A stretch of DNA of 64,000 nucleotides from Dicyema japonicum (Eukaryota > Animalia > Dicyemida): assembly GCA_011109175.1 (NCBI GenBank), contig RDEW01000003.1:731643-795642 (forward strand). The letters are read 5' to 3'. Position 1 is the stretch's first letter; every line of letters starts with the position of its first letter. Positions 37,370-50,900 of the stretch are shown one piece after another. Made by a program: the position numbers and the translations under genes. The notes beneath the pieces are model-generated. The model was not told the origin of the DNA. It ran no database searches and saw nothing but the letters and a program-made list of their open reading frames with translations.

Positions 37370-38870
37370 TAATGATAAAGCTATTACACCTGGCGAAATC
37401 TCAAATGCAATAGTCAAACTTAAGAATGGTCGCTCCCCTGGACCGGATGGAATCAATTCAGAACTTGTTAAAAATGGGCCACCTGCACTAACAGACAAGT
37501 TGGCAAAACTACTCAACTCTATGTTATAAAAAAAGAATACCCTGCTCTTGGATCCGGACTATTAATACCAATGCAAAAACCTAGCAAGCATGCTGGGCCT
37601 GTTGAAAATCTACGTCCAAAAATCTTGCTTAACACCTTGCGGAAACTTCTGGCATTAGTTACGCTGAACCGAATTAGAGAACATGTGACAACTATCTATC
37701 CCTAGTCACAGTGGATTCAGGACAGGAAGATCCACTGCAGATGTAGTATGGAGCCACAAGTGGCGCTGCGCTATCAACCAGAGATTTGAACGTGCAACAA
37801 CAGTCCTGGGAATAGACCTTCTAGGGCCTTTGACATGGCCTCGTGGTCTACTTCTCAAGATACTGAAACAGTTCTTAGACCCAGATTCTGTCAATATGAT
37901 CAGAGTGTTGCTATCTAACACGAAGCACAGAGTGCGGTATGCCACGAAGACGTTATCCCGTGAATTACGTGCAATGTTGGTACTCCCCAGGGAGATTCCC
38001 TCTTCCCCTGCTATTTGTCATATATCTGTAGGCGGCATTACGAGACCTTCGGAAGTTCTATGATGGCAACATCGTCGAAATTGCCTATGCGGACGACGTC
38101 GACTTTGTGTCAGAATACAAATTAGCTCTGCTTCGACTCCTCGAGCTGGCCCCTGCTGAGCTGAACCGTTCCTTGAAACGAACATCGCAAAAACTGATAT
38201 TGTGGAAATCAGAATGGAAAGCAGATCAAGTGAAACATGGCGAAAAACAAACAAACTTGGCTCATTACTTGGAGACAGTCAAGATTTTGCCAAAAGGAAA
38301 GCCCTCGCTTGGGTAACGATGAACAAGTTGAAGAAAGAGTGGATTGGCAAACGACAATCCTTCACATCACTTCGTTTGAGACTGTATGAAGCCTTTGTCA
38401 AGCCGATCCTAATGTACAATTTATCGACCTGGGGAACGTCCAAAACCGAACAACTTAGACTAGACTCTTTCCATTGAAGACAGTTAGATCCCTACTAGGA
38501 ATGAACTGGCCAGCAAGAATAAAAAAGGATTCGCTGTACAAGAGATGTAGCACGGGTCCACTGAGTCTCGAAATTGCTGATATGCGCAGGAGGCTATTTG
38601 GACATAACTTGAGTATGGACTTGGGCGCTCCAGCAAACATAGCAATGGAGGACTACTATATGAGAAAGGGACCGTGCTTTCGTGGACGCCGGCGTATTAC
38701 ACTACCTGAAACCTTTGACGGAAATTTAAAGTTCGTGAACAAACGTCTAAGAAGTGGACACGACATGGACGAGTTGAGGAAACTCTCCTACGATCGAGGA
38801 GGTTGGAAGAAGTTGGTTCGGAGGATTGTTTTGAATGCTGCACGAGTGATCGTAACTTTGTAAAATACAT
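37370..38870 (+). mobile_element. RTE-like LINE, RT through 3' end, decayed
   Basis: KLKNGRSPGPDGINSELVK, SGFRTGRSTADVVWSH, GTPQGDSLSP, YADD-like, RLYEAFVKPILMYN, RRRLFGHNL...GRRRITLP. Confidence 0.9.
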
Positions 38871-39371
38871 TAAACCTTGTTGTTTTTCAGTTTTTGAAGA
38901 TTTGCCTTAAGGTATCACCAGGAAAGCCACTATGTAGCTAATTTTACTAAATGCAAGTATTCTGAAAATCCTCATCGGCGGGTAATCAAAATATATTTGG
39001 ACTCTTCCCCGAGATAAGAGATTACACCTTCCCTTGATTGATGATTAATCCAGCATTCCAAAACTAACCGCATGAGAACTACAACTATGGACTTCAGAAT
39101 CACTTACAAGAAGCAATGGTTCATCGGAGAGCTTAGCAAACTCAAAAATATTGCATGGATTCCAAATACGAAAAATGCATTGAAAACTGTATTAAAAATG
39201 ACTCTGCTAGTTATTGCTTCGCTATCGATCTTGCAGGGCATTGTTATCTGCAAACATGTCGCGTAATAAGCTATGAAATCCTTCAATCATAAACTTTTTA
39301 GACAAATATGGTCATTCTGTTACTTTGGAAACCAAATTTCCTCAATGAAAATGTAAAATATTAGGTAATTT

Positions 39372-40080
39372 ATTATTAAAGCACTTTCACGAAAGCCATA
39401 ATGATTATAGCCCCCATGTGCAACACTCAAAGAAACAATATTTATAGTTAGTCTTTTCATCTTCCTCTGTCGAATGCGAGTGATCTCAATTCGTCCAGGT
39501 CGTCTCCCGTCTTTAGATTTTTTCTCACACGATTCAAGTCTTTGTTTAGGGCTGTCGGAAGTGTCAATCTAGGTCGTCCCCGGAAGGGTTTTTCGCATCT
39601 GTCAAAGTAATCTTCCATCGCTTTGTTAGCGGGTGCGTCCGGGTTCATTCTTAGTACATGCCCAAATAGCCTCCACCGGGGATCTATCACATCCTTGCTG
39701 ATGTTAGAACACATACACTTGTTGTAGATACCAGTGGTTGATATTCTACGTGGCCACTCCATTCCGAGTAAGCTTCTTAGTTGCCTTCTATGGAACGAAT
39801 CCAGTTTTGATAGTTCTTTGAAGGAACTTCCCCATGTCCCAGCGTTATACAGTAGGATTCGTTTCACAAACGCGTTGTAAAGCCTGCATCTGTTGTCAAC
39901 TCCAAGTCCTTTGGCCCTTAGCCATCCTTTCTTCAGTTTAGCCATTGCCGCATTTGCCAGTGTTTTCCTCCTTAGTACATCTTCAGCGTCTCCTAGTAGA
40001 GAGCCGAGCTTATAAGTACGTCTCCATCTTTCATGAGTAATATCGTCTTCTCTATTGATTTCCGTAATTTCAGTTTTGTT
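39372..40080 (-). mobile_element. RTE-like LINE 3' portion with tail
   Basis: ORF 39457-39945 (RLYNAFVK.ILLYNAGTW, RWRLFGHVLRMNP, GRPRLTLP); tail ATGGCTTTCGTGAAAGTGCTTTAATAAT. Confidence 0.85.
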
Positions 40081-40609
40081 AACATAATATTAGGTAATTT
40101 AGTGTTTTAAAATACTAAAAATTTTTTTCTTTTTTTAAAAACATCAAATATTGTCGAATAAAGTAAAGTTGTTATTACATGTCTTCATTATGACACGAAA
40201 TAATAGTTACCTCTCAAAAACGCGAACCCAATTTAATGGAAAAGTCATAGCGTCATTTTACGTTCAGTCTTCGTTTCCCCATAAGCTATCCGATTAACCT
40301 GATAAACTGAGATGATCTCCGGTCAATGACGCCATTAGTCTCAAAGGAGATTGGTTGTAAAACAAACCGACCACAATTCCGTGGTAGGATCTATCTTTTA
40401 TTCCACCGGGAAACTATTTGTTCCTCGCGACGAGTTCTGGCTACGGCCTAAGCTTCCCGGATCTCATTTTGGATCAGTTGTGGCTTCACTGGAACGCATC
40501 AAGATCAAAGATTTGCTCTTTTTCTACCGTTGGTTTTTTTAATAATTTTCAATTATTTTAATTTTGTTAACCATAACTTTTCAGATCTTAGAAATGAAAA
40601 ACTAACTTC

Positions 40610-40910
40610 AGTCCAGAAAGGAAATAAACCTGTTGACAACTTGCGTCCTGTCATAAAATATCCTTGAAGATCCTTGCCCTGATCATACTTAATCGGATCC
40701 AAGAACTAATGGACGGTACTTGAACTATGTAAAAATTGTTTCAGGATTGGGAGACTAACAGCTGATGTAGTATAGTTCCATAGATGGCATTTTGCTATTC
40801 AGCAAAAATGCCAAGTTTTAAGAACTTTTAACTGGAATTTATCTCACAGCGCTTTCGACACTGTTGCGAGGAAAACTCATTGAAGTACTGGAAAATATCA
40901 GGACTCGGTC
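40610..40910 (+). mobile_element. RTE-like RT internal fragment
   Basis: PVDNLRPV, TADVV..HRW, AFDTV in shifting frames. Confidence 0.55.
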
Positions 40911-40919
40911 ACCTTAATA

Positions 40920-43229
40920 CAGTCCAACCTATTTTTGGAACGGTCTCCCATGGTGGAACACCTCTGTTTTTGATATAACCTACGGATTTGGAACACTTCA
41001 AAAATTTATTAGATAATTAATAAAATCCTTACAAAAAGACCTTGTTTTGGAACACTTATAATTATTTTAATTTAAAATTAAATTTTACAGTTTCTATATT
41101 TTACTACAATTAATTTTTAAATCATGTGCAGATTTTTGTTCATATTTGCTTGTCTTAAAGTTATTTACACCTTTTATGCGCTTAAACTACAAAAATTGAA
41201 ATTGCTAAACTTCTTTTCAAAAACGGAGCATTCAATTCGAATACTCGCGAGAATGTTTGACACAAGTATCGGAACAATTTCTAGAATCAAGATAAACATT
41301 GTTCCATTTACAAAAAATGGATAGAGTTATTCAAATGCAGAGACTTCAGAGTCAGTCACTCGTGAAAAGCATAAACTTATGGATTCAAAAGTGTTGGATG
41401 TTTTTCAACACATAAGAAAACAAAACGTTCCCATTTCCGGACCTTTTAAAACTGTGTCTGGAGAAAAAGTTTCAAGTGACAGTTTCATGATTGATGAATT
41501 ATTAATTCAATTTAATATCAAAATTGACGAATATGGAAAAAAAGATTTTCAATTGCGACGAAACGTGTCTTTTTTGCAGACGTAGTCCAAAAAAATCTTT
41601 ATTCAAACAATGAAGAATTATTTGGTTTCAAGCAGAGCAAAGAAAAAGTAACTGTCTTGCTCTGATCCAGCTATACAGGAAAAAATTAGACCTTTTGATT
41701 ATTGGAAAGTTTCGTAATCCAAGATGCTTCAGAATTTCCTCCCGTCAAACCATAATGTTGTCTATTCTTCATCCAAAAATGCATGGATAACAAATGATGT
41801 GGATAGATGTTGGCATCATAGGATTATTGAACATTTTTTATCACAAAATCTGAAAATTATTCTGCTATTGGACAATGCTGAGCCCCACAATATTCTGGAA
41901 TTCTCTAAACAGAATTATTTGTCCTACCAAAAAATACAACCCTATACTTCAGCCACTGAAATATGGAATTTTCAAATCTGTCAAGGACCACTATTCTATA
42001 TCTTTAATAGATTTTTAATGTTTCAGTGACGATCAACAATTTTTTATTGAGTCCCTAAAAAAGATAAATTTATTTCAAGTGCTATTATTGATTTCTGATG
42101 CATGGAAAATGGTTTCATCAGAAATTATTAATTGTTTGGAAAAAGTGTTTAGCGAACTCCAATCCGAAGATCTTAATGGTCTCTTCATCAATGAAAAAAT
42201 TGAAAAAGCTATCGAATATGTTTAAGAAGAAAATGACCCTGAGTCAGAGCAAAATTTTTATAATGAAATTGAGGCTGAATTTGTAACTATAACCATTGAT
42301 AAAATAAATAAAGTTGAGGAAAACATTTGAATATGTTACCGGATTGTCGTAAAAGATTTTATGATTTTAGAAAAATATTCATGGCAATTTAAAATTTAAA
42401 TATGGTTATAGACAAGAGATTACTGATTACTAGGGCAATTTAAGTGCTAAAATGCTATTTTTATTTTTTACTTTTTTAAATATACAATTGAATTTGGAAT
42501 AATTATTTTTTAATTTTGTTAAAAAAAACATACATTATAAATGCTATAAGTGCTATTTTTAATTTTAAATGCTAATTTTTGTTTAAATGCTAATTTAAAT
42601 TGCAGTTAATAATGTGTTTACGGATTCCGAAACCTGCAGGTCCAATCGAAAATTTCAAACCGATCATGCTTTTGACCACTTTGCAAAAAACATTGTCGAT
42701 TACAACATTGAATTGAATATCAAATTCAGTTGATTTGTCACCAAGTCAAAGCGAATTCAGACCAGGAAAATCAACTGCTGATATAGTATGGAGTCATCGG
42801 TAGCTTACGTCAATATGTCAGAAGTACAGAAAAACAATATATACTCTGGGAGTCAACTAATCAAAAGCATTCGACTCAAAAATTATATAAATAAAAGAAT
42901 GGAGGAAAATGGATTTAAACTTATTATTGAAATGACTGAACCAAAAATTAGGCAACAAGATTATTTTTCTCTTTCACGCTGTCAGGCATCCTATGCATCT
43001 GTTGAAAGAGCTATTAAAATGCTAAAAAATTTTTAAAAAAGGATAGGAACTTCCATCCAGACAATATCATATTAAAAAAGTATAAAAAATAAAAATAGCA
43101 TTTTAGCACTTAAATTGCCCTAGTTATGACTCAATAATAACAAATTTTTGTACGATTTTTTGAGTAACCTCTATTTTTGGAACAACCTCTAATTTTGGAA
43201 CTCTTGGTGATTCGAATGGAGGTTAGACG
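40920..43229 (+). mobile_element. pogo/Tigger DNA transposon (CENP-B HTH + DDE_1), decayed, with nested insertion
   Basis: Left end TA|CAGTCCAACCT, right end AGGTTAGACG (imperfect); HTH ORF 41124-41324, F..IRKQNVPISG, DIFNCDET, KQSKEKVTVLL, KIILLLDNA.PH; repeated TTTTGGAAC subterminal motif. Confidence 0.75.
42431..43122 (+). mobile_element. Internally deleted hAT (MITE-like) with 40-bp TIRs, nested in the pogo element and containing an RT fragment (~42620-42800)
   Basis: TIR TAGGGCAATTTAAGTGCTAAAATGCTATTTTTATTTTTTA and its exact inverse; residual CQASYASVERAIKMLK resembles the hAT dimerisation motif S.ASVER.FS; TSD imperfect (CTGATTAC/GTTATGAC). Confidence 0.75.
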
Positions 43230-43309
43230 ACAAATCCTGTCAAACACAGTGTGTTAGTGTTTATTGAAAAATGTGTGTCGCAAGAATCGTAACAACAGTG
43301 ACACATCAC

Positions 43310-43790
43310 AAAGAGACTCCTGTATCGTTCACTGTATACTTTGAATCTGCTCTACGAGATCTCGGGAAGTATTACAGAGACGAAATTGTTTAAAGCGGTG
43401 ATATTTACTGCATCAAGTAACAAAGATGCACTAAGACGACCGATGGAGGTAGCACCAGACCGCGGGCTAAATGGTCTTTATTAATGACAATTGAAGACGG
43501 ATATCGTCGATATCAAAAGGACGGAACCACGCAGTACTGAAAACTAGAGAAAGGCCATAAAACTTGGCTCCCTTTTAACGACTCAGAAGACATTGCCAGA
43601 AAGATATTATAATCTACGGTGACCATACAAAAGCTTTTGAAATGTTGGATCATTCCGACTAAGATTGTATGAGCCTATCGTGAAATTGATCCTTAAGTAT
43701 TTCTTTGGAAAATGGCGTATCTCGAAAACAGATGACGAAGGCTCGACTCCCTTCATAGGAATCAACTACATTCTCTCTTGGGAATAAGTG
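43310..43790 (+). mobile_element. RTE-like RT fragment
   Basis: YFESALRDL, LGSLL.DSEDIARK-like segments. Confidence 0.5.
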
Positions 43791-45530
43791 GCCTACACTT
43801 TAGTTACGATTCGGCAGATGCATGCTGAACTACACTTTACAAATTGGAAGATCAAGGTTCGTGTAAGACGGACCTTCAATGGGATGCTGGAACTCGTAGC
43901 GTAGATGTTGTGCGCATGTCATTTTCAAGTTAAACTTGGTGTTATTCAAGCTGTCTCTGTACTTTAAGCTTGTGGAGAAGGATCCAGTTTTGTATGGTGT
44001 TGTTATGGATTGTTTGATAAAGGTCACCCAATTGGTGTTCTAGAAAGGGGGTATGGTTAATTTTTATTAATTTTGTGCTTCGTATTACTGTGTTCTTTAT
44101 GGGTAGGGAAGATAAACGTCTCGTCTTCAAGGAGTGCTTTGATCAGTTTTCGGAGTCTTTCAAAAAAAGTTGATTAAATCACCTGGTCTAAATATTTCAT
44201 TATATGGCACTATTTTGGTTTATATTGCAGTATTCGAGTAAAATGACTATGTTCCTAATATAGTCAATACTCCCATCATCGTTCAGAACTGTTTGAACAT
44301 ATTCCTCTTCGTTGAGAGTAATCGTGTGTGAGTAAAGCTAGTAGTTTAAGTCATTATATGATTAATTAGATAATGCATACGCCGTTCTGCATAAATCTGA
44401 GAAAACCTTCCGTTCTTTAACACCTATCAAAATCGATTACTTCTGTAATCATTTTTTAAGTGAAATTATTCTTTTAAAGACAAAGTATAGCTGTGTGATT
44501 CAGTTGTCCAACCAGGATAATAATTAAGTCATGATAAATTTGAATTAATTAACACATTTTATATCCCAGAAAAATGAACAATTAACTTAGCTAAATGTTA
44601 AATTGAACTCCGCAATTCCAAGTACATTATACTTGTTTTTAATGGCACTGCAGATTATAGACTGAAATATTCACTTGTCGGCCTGCCGTTTTTCTAAATA
44701 TATTATTTTCTAACGTATACAATTTATTATCTATTGATTCTAATTCTCTATTAGTTCTTGCTTCATATCTATACTAAATATAATATCATACGCCTCTGGA
44801 TTATCGAATGAATCGATGCAAACGATAGCACTATATTATTATCATTAAAAATACTCATTAAATAAAAATTGGAAGTAATTTTAAAAATTGAATAACATTA
44901 TTCCTCGAGGAAAGATCTACATTAATAACAAAAAAACTACATGACGTAAAGCATTGATAAATTTTCCGCAAATTCGATCGATATGAATCTGAGGGAATCA
45001 CAGTAATCAAAATATCTATAATTTAAAAAATATGTAACATTCCTTAATGGTTGGTGGGAATGTTTTGTTGTCTACAGTTTTTAAACTTTGATCATAATAA
45101 CCACAATGACTATGAATATTTAATAATAATTACAACATCTAACACCATTCTCAATAATGAAAAGATAACATCAGGTTCAAATTCAATATTTTGAACAATT
45201 AATGCAGCTACATAAAATTCTGGTAGGCCAGTTATCGAATATGTACAATTAATCCAATATCTTAATAATTTATATTTAATACAGAGCTCCATTTTTTTAA
45301 TTCGTTTTTGCATATATCCTGTGATGTCAAAATATCGAATGACAAGTTTAACACAAGAAAAGAAAACATCTATGAGATTAAATACCAAAATAATGAATAT
45401 ACGATAACCACAAGAAATAAAAATTACTACATGAAATACAGTCGTCATAATTAATTATAATTTTATTAAATAAAGTGTTGGATTAAAAAAATAAAATTAA
45501 AAAATAATTTAATTAAATTCACACAATTTA

Positions 45531-45690
45531 CATGGTTTTCCGATTTGTTTAATAATTTTACCATAAAATTTAATAAATTTGTCAAAAATGTCTAATAACT
45601 TTGCCTTAATGTTTAGTAACTTTATCAAAATACTTAAAAATTGTGTCAAAAAGTTTAATACCTTTTGAATAATGTTTAATTACAGGTCAA
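45531..45690 (+). repeat. Solo terminal remnant of the Tc1-like family seen at 14720-16225
   Basis: TA|CATGGTTTTCCGATTTG followed by degenerate AATAACTTTGTC-type repeats. Confidence 0.65.
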
Positions 45691-45719
45691 TTTGCGCGAA
45701 AATAAAATTTTAAGTGAAT

Positions 45720-45890
45720 CTGAAGATAGGCTACACACATTGACACTTCAGAAGTTGACTCACAATAACCAATCCTTTTGTTGTCTATCTGGAAGCTGCT
45801 CTTCGTAATCTGAGAGCTAAAAATTGTCCTACTTTTATCTAGGAACTAAGATATGCGTATGACCTGGATTTTGTTTTAGAAGAATGATGA
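45720..45890 (+). mobile_element. RTE-like RT fragment
   Basis: FVVYLEAALRNL....ELRYAYDLDFV. Confidence 0.55.
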
Positions 45891-46863
45891 TAGCTAATTC
45901 TTTTTTAGACAAGAGTACTGCAGGGTAAATGAAATTATTTTTTTCAGACAAGAGTACTGCAAGTAATTTAATTGGTCTAATTTTGGAGGATTAGACGTGA
46001 AATTAACACAAAGCAGTATGAAGTAGTTAGCCTGAGTATGATAAGAGAATCTTTTGCCTTCTTTAGAATCAAATAGATGATATTGTTCCAAGTAACAAAT
46101 GACCAAAATTCGCTCTCTCGAATTGATTTTATATGAATTATTAAAAAATCGAATTAGGTAATCGTTTGACGACAAAATAATTTTTTGTGCGATTTTGGCT
46201 ACATATTGATCTATCAGGACTAAAAGATTTTCTACCTCGGATGATCTTTTTACTTGAAAGTAAAAATAGGTCATATTTCTCCTTGACCGTAAAATTAGGT
46301 CAACCGTTAATGTAATTTTAAATATACATTTGATGACTATAGATGCTATTAGTATCCTTAATATTATTCGCAACCAAATGTGGATGCAATTGGTTTATTT
46401 TGACTTTCCCACTTCTCTTATTTCTGGATCTGTGGACGATTAGGATGACATTTTCTTATTGATCTAAATGACCGAATTATTCTGAAATCACATTTAGATA
46501 TGTTTTTGAAAAAAATAGTTCCTTGAGATTAATATGATACTGGAGGTCTGCTTCAAGACGACTAGAAATTAATCAACAAATGCTTGGTTGAATGTTTATC
46601 AATGTGGTAAAATTGGCAACGTTCTGACGACGAGGCAGTGAGAATAGCTACCTTGCTCCGTTTTGACCTTAATTTTGTGTTAATGAAAATGCATCTGTGG
46701 ACGCTGAATCGATGGTTATCAGTCTTTAAGCTGATTTATGGCTGGTCCCAACATGAAATAACAACTTGACTTTAAAAAATGTTTCTTCTTTGCGATGGCA
46801 ACACCCCGAAGGGATAATGATACTCCCATTCGCTAATGGTCGAAACATTGCTGCGGCGTTCAC

Positions 46864-47345
46864 ATGTTAAAAATACTCTCCAACAAATTTGCCTGGAATC
46901 CAGTTTATGACACCGAGGATCATAAAACTAGACTTGTTCCACAAAGTTCAGCTGAGAAAAATAACAGGAACTACTTGGCCCACGAGAAATCGAGAAATGC
47001 ATTATTTAAGAGATGTAGCACTATACCTATCAGTTTAGAATTACTGGAATCCAGAAGGAAGCTTTTCGGACACGTGCTGAGGATGGAATTAACATCCCCA
47101 CCTAACAAATCTATGGAAACATACTATGTTAGTCAAGAAGGCCGCTATCGTCGAAGACCAAATACAACAATGCCAACAGTTTTACAAAAAAAAAACCTCG
47201 TTAAAATTAAAAGAAATTTAAAAACTGCCGAAGACCTTGAGACTATGAGAGCTTTGGCTAAAAACAGAGGAGCATGGAAAAGGATGACATCTAACATTGT
47301 TTTTACTGTACATGGCTCTCGTGAAATGCTTAATTAAAATAAATT
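46864..47345 (+). mobile_element. RTE-like LINE 3' end with tail
   Basis: RRKLFGHVLRMEL..PPNKSMETYY...RRRPNTTMP; ends ATGGCTCTCGTGAAATGCTTAATTAAAAT. Confidence 0.8.
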
Positions 47346-47459
47346 TTTCTAGTGCGATTAACTCAAGAAAAATTAAAGAAAATAAAGAAAATCATTAATA
47401 ATCTTGACAGATGGATATTAGTCCACTTGACATACCTCATGTTAAGAAACTTTATTAAA

Positions 47460-47700
47460 AATTTATTTAGACGAAGAAAAGTCTTATATTTTGCACTGTA
47501 ACAAAAACTACGGCTTGTTGTAAAGAAAAACATGAATTAGTGCTAAAAAAACAGAGGTACATCTTAAAATCACATTTTCTTAGTCAGGACATAATTATAA
47601 TCACTTCACTGAAACTTCGTTTTCGACAATACGACATGTTTGTTAAGCCAATATTGCTATGCAATTCAGGGACATGGGTATACCTGGAACTATGGTCCAC
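47460..47700 (+). mobile_element. RTE-like LINE fragment
   Basis: LKLRFRQYDMFVKPILLCNSGTW. Confidence 0.55.
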
Positions 47701-47749
47701 ATGGATGGTGGCAACTCTGAAATAATGATTATATGTTTGTGTTGTTTAA

Positions 47750-48920
47750 TTAAATCGTGTCCTTGGAGATCGCATGAACGAGTTTCCTCCACTCTCCACG
47801 ATCTGTTGCAATTTGGATATAGGAATTCCCGTGACCTCTTCCACCGTGGATAGCTACCAAGTCTTTGGTCGGCCAGGTCTTTTCTTCCGAGTGATATTGC
47901 TCTGCATAATGGTTCATTCAAGGGAATCAGAGCGGACAACATGCCCAATAAACGCCAATCTGTGTTTTACGATTCTTCCTTCTAGCGAAATGTCCGTTTC
48001 CACCCGTTTGAGTACATCATGTTTGTTAATTTAAAAGTCCAATGGATTCTTAGTAACCTCCCAGTACCAGCTCAAAAGCATCAATTTTTCGTCTATCCAC
48101 CTTTTTCAATATCCATGATTCTGCGCAGAATAGAAAAACCAGGAACACAATTATATTAACCAGTCTGCATTTGGTCCTTAAGCAAATATCTTTGCTTTTC
48201 CAAATTCTATTCATTCTCTGGAAGGTTTCTCGTCCCATGGCAATTCTTTTCTTGATTTACAAGCCTCCGTCATTATTCCGATTAATTAGACATCCCAGAA
48301 AGACAAAATTATCTCAAATCTCTTGTTTCTTATTCCCAATTTTTAGTTCCCATTAAGCAGTAGTCATAATTTTGTTCTTCTTGATATTTAGCAATAAACC
48401 AAAGACGACGCTCTATTCTCTGAATTTTAGAATCAACTGCCTGAGGCCATTCTCTGTTTCAGCCAGTAAGGTTGTATTGATAACATAGCGCAAATTATTG
48501 ATGTTGCTGCCTTTAATTTTAATCCCATTATTTGATACGGTATCCAATTTAGCCATGATCATTTCGGCATAAATATTGAATAGGATGGGAGATAATAAGC
48601 ATCCTTGTCTTACTCTTTTACAATTTTGAACCAATCGGTATCTCCATACACTGTTCTAATAGTAACTTTTGATCCTTATAAAGAGATTTGATAAGCAATA
48701 TCAGATGGGCATCGAATCCAAATTCTTTTAAAGCGGACCACAGCTTGTCATGTATAACGGAATCAAAAGCTTTCCGATAGTAATGAAGCACATATACACT
48801 TTTTGGGATTCATGGCTTTCTCCATAATCCACCGGACATTTGCTATATGGACACGTGTGCTTCGTCCCTTCCTGAATCCTGCTTGGACATCCGGTAGAAT
48901 CATTTCGGCATTTGGCATTA
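47750..48920 (-). mobile_element. RTE-clade LINE RT (distinct family), decayed
   Basis: QAGFRKGRSTR, KAFDSV, VRQGCLLSPILFNIYAE, INNLRY, IWKSKDICLRTKCRLV, AESWILKK.DRRKIDAFE. Confidence 0.85.
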
Positions 48921-49056
48921 GACGATGTTGTATAATGTCACAGGCGCAACGCGTTACCGAGCGCTACGCGTTACACTAGTGGACTTGGAAAAAAATCAAA
49001 AAAAAATTTTTGATTTAATTTATCAAATTAATATATATAATTTGACCAAACTAGTG

Positions 49057-50900
49057 CAACAACAACAACAACGATTTATTGACAAAAGAGTTAAGGAGAT
49101 TTCTGGAGGGTATTACATCTGAGTCCTACCATAAGGCTTGGACTCCACACCTGGACCCTTTTTCCTTTTTTTATTATTAATCTTTTTCGGAACGTTTCTC
49201 CCAGCTTTTTAATCTTTATTCTTCCAGCTTTATGTATGTGTCCTGGACCTTTGATCTCCTCCTGAAACCATTGATCCGATCCTCCACAATCTTGCTAATC
49301 GGTTCCAGGAGCTGTTTTCGTCCTCGTTAGACAGTCTATCAGTTTCTTTTTTAAGGAGAGCTCAATTGCAGCTCTTCTAGCTTCTCTAGGAGGGATAAGA
49401 TCTTGTCCCTTTTCGGAGGAGAAAACCACCCTCGCACCCATAAAGAGCTAGGGGAGAATAACTCCCTTGAAGATAAACAGTAAGTGTCACGGCTACGTGT
49501 AACTTCCGTGTACATAAGAGCGACTGAAAGGCTCTTTTCTCCTCCCTTTATGTTGTCCATGTAATCTCCTGCGTGTCCATAGTCGACCCCCAGGTAGCGC
49601 AGAATGTGTGAATTGTTTACTCACAGTGTGAATTCTTGTTTCAGGTGCTTTTTCTAACTGCTTATTCGGAGTGCGCAAGATTTTTCAGCAAGACCTTTAG
49701 CCCTCTCAAGTTGCACCAATGCTCAATCTGGTCGACATTCTCCCGGATTCTTCCTTCGGATATAGAAGATTTTAGAGATGTGTCCACCACGATTACGTCA
49801 TCCGCATAAATACGAAGACTAGTATTAATATTCCTCGGACGTGGAAAAATCGCCATAAATATATTAAACAAAATAGGGCTCAATACTGAACCTTGAGGGA
49901 CTCCTCTTTTGAATGATATTGCATCAGATATATATCCACACACCTTCACAAAAGATTGTCTTTCCTGAAGATAATTTCTTAGCCAAACAAATAGGTATCT
50001 TGGAACATATGCTGATACAAGCTGCTTTAACAACGCTTCATGGCATACACTGTCGAATGTTTTCGAGATATCAAGACATAATAAGTTTATTTGTCTCTTG
50101 GAATCCTTTGCTTTTATGATTTCAGAATTCAGTAGAAAGAAACAGTCTGTACAGCCTCTTCCGGGACGAAAACCACACTGCTCCGGAATCAGAAAGTTGA
50201 TTTCTTCTATATGTCTACTTAGCCTTTTGAAAATGATACGTTCAATCACTTTCGCGAAAGAACATATTAAGCTAATTGGTCTGTAGCTTGCCGGATCTCT
50301 CTTTGGCTTCCCTGGTTTTGGAATCATCCTCACAACAGCTTTCTTCCATATTAAAGGCAAGTGGCCAAGTCGCAAACACCCATCATAAAAACATCGCAGA
50401 TAGTCAAACAAACTATCCGGACCCTCTTTGATAAGTTTCATTGATATGTGGCCATATCCTGGAGCATTGACCTTGCATTCCCGGATAGCTGTCATCACTT
50501 CAAAGTTGCTGACAGAGCTATCAGCAATAGGTAGTTCTTGTCGGAGTGTTCAAATATATCGGCAGACACCTTTTTTTGTCATCAGGGATCAAACTCCACG
50601 GATCCACACCCTGAATTTTTTGGAGCTGATTCCTGAATATCGAAGGTGTTTTCTTCGTTATGCATACTCCCCCGTCTGGTTTATCCAATATAATTTTTTC
50701 TGGACCCGACTTCGGACACATTATCTTCTGATAGCATTTCCAAAAAAAGGGATTCTTCATATCAATTTTTGCAGTCTCAGCCCTTCCCCTCATAGTTGTT
50801 AAAACAACGATAGAAGAACTCGATAACCTTAAAAATAGCTTACTCCCAGCTAGAAACGAGGTACTTACTAAGTAACCGAACAAGACCATTTCCGAGAAGG
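49057..50900 (-). mobile_element. Jockey/I-group-like LINE RT with (GTT)n tail
   Basis: ORF 49662-50498: WKKAVV.MIPKPGK...SYRPISL, EQCGFRPGR, LDISKTFDSV, GVPQGSVLSPILFNIF, IYADD; 3' end AATAAATCGTTGTTGTTGTTG. Confidence 0.9.
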
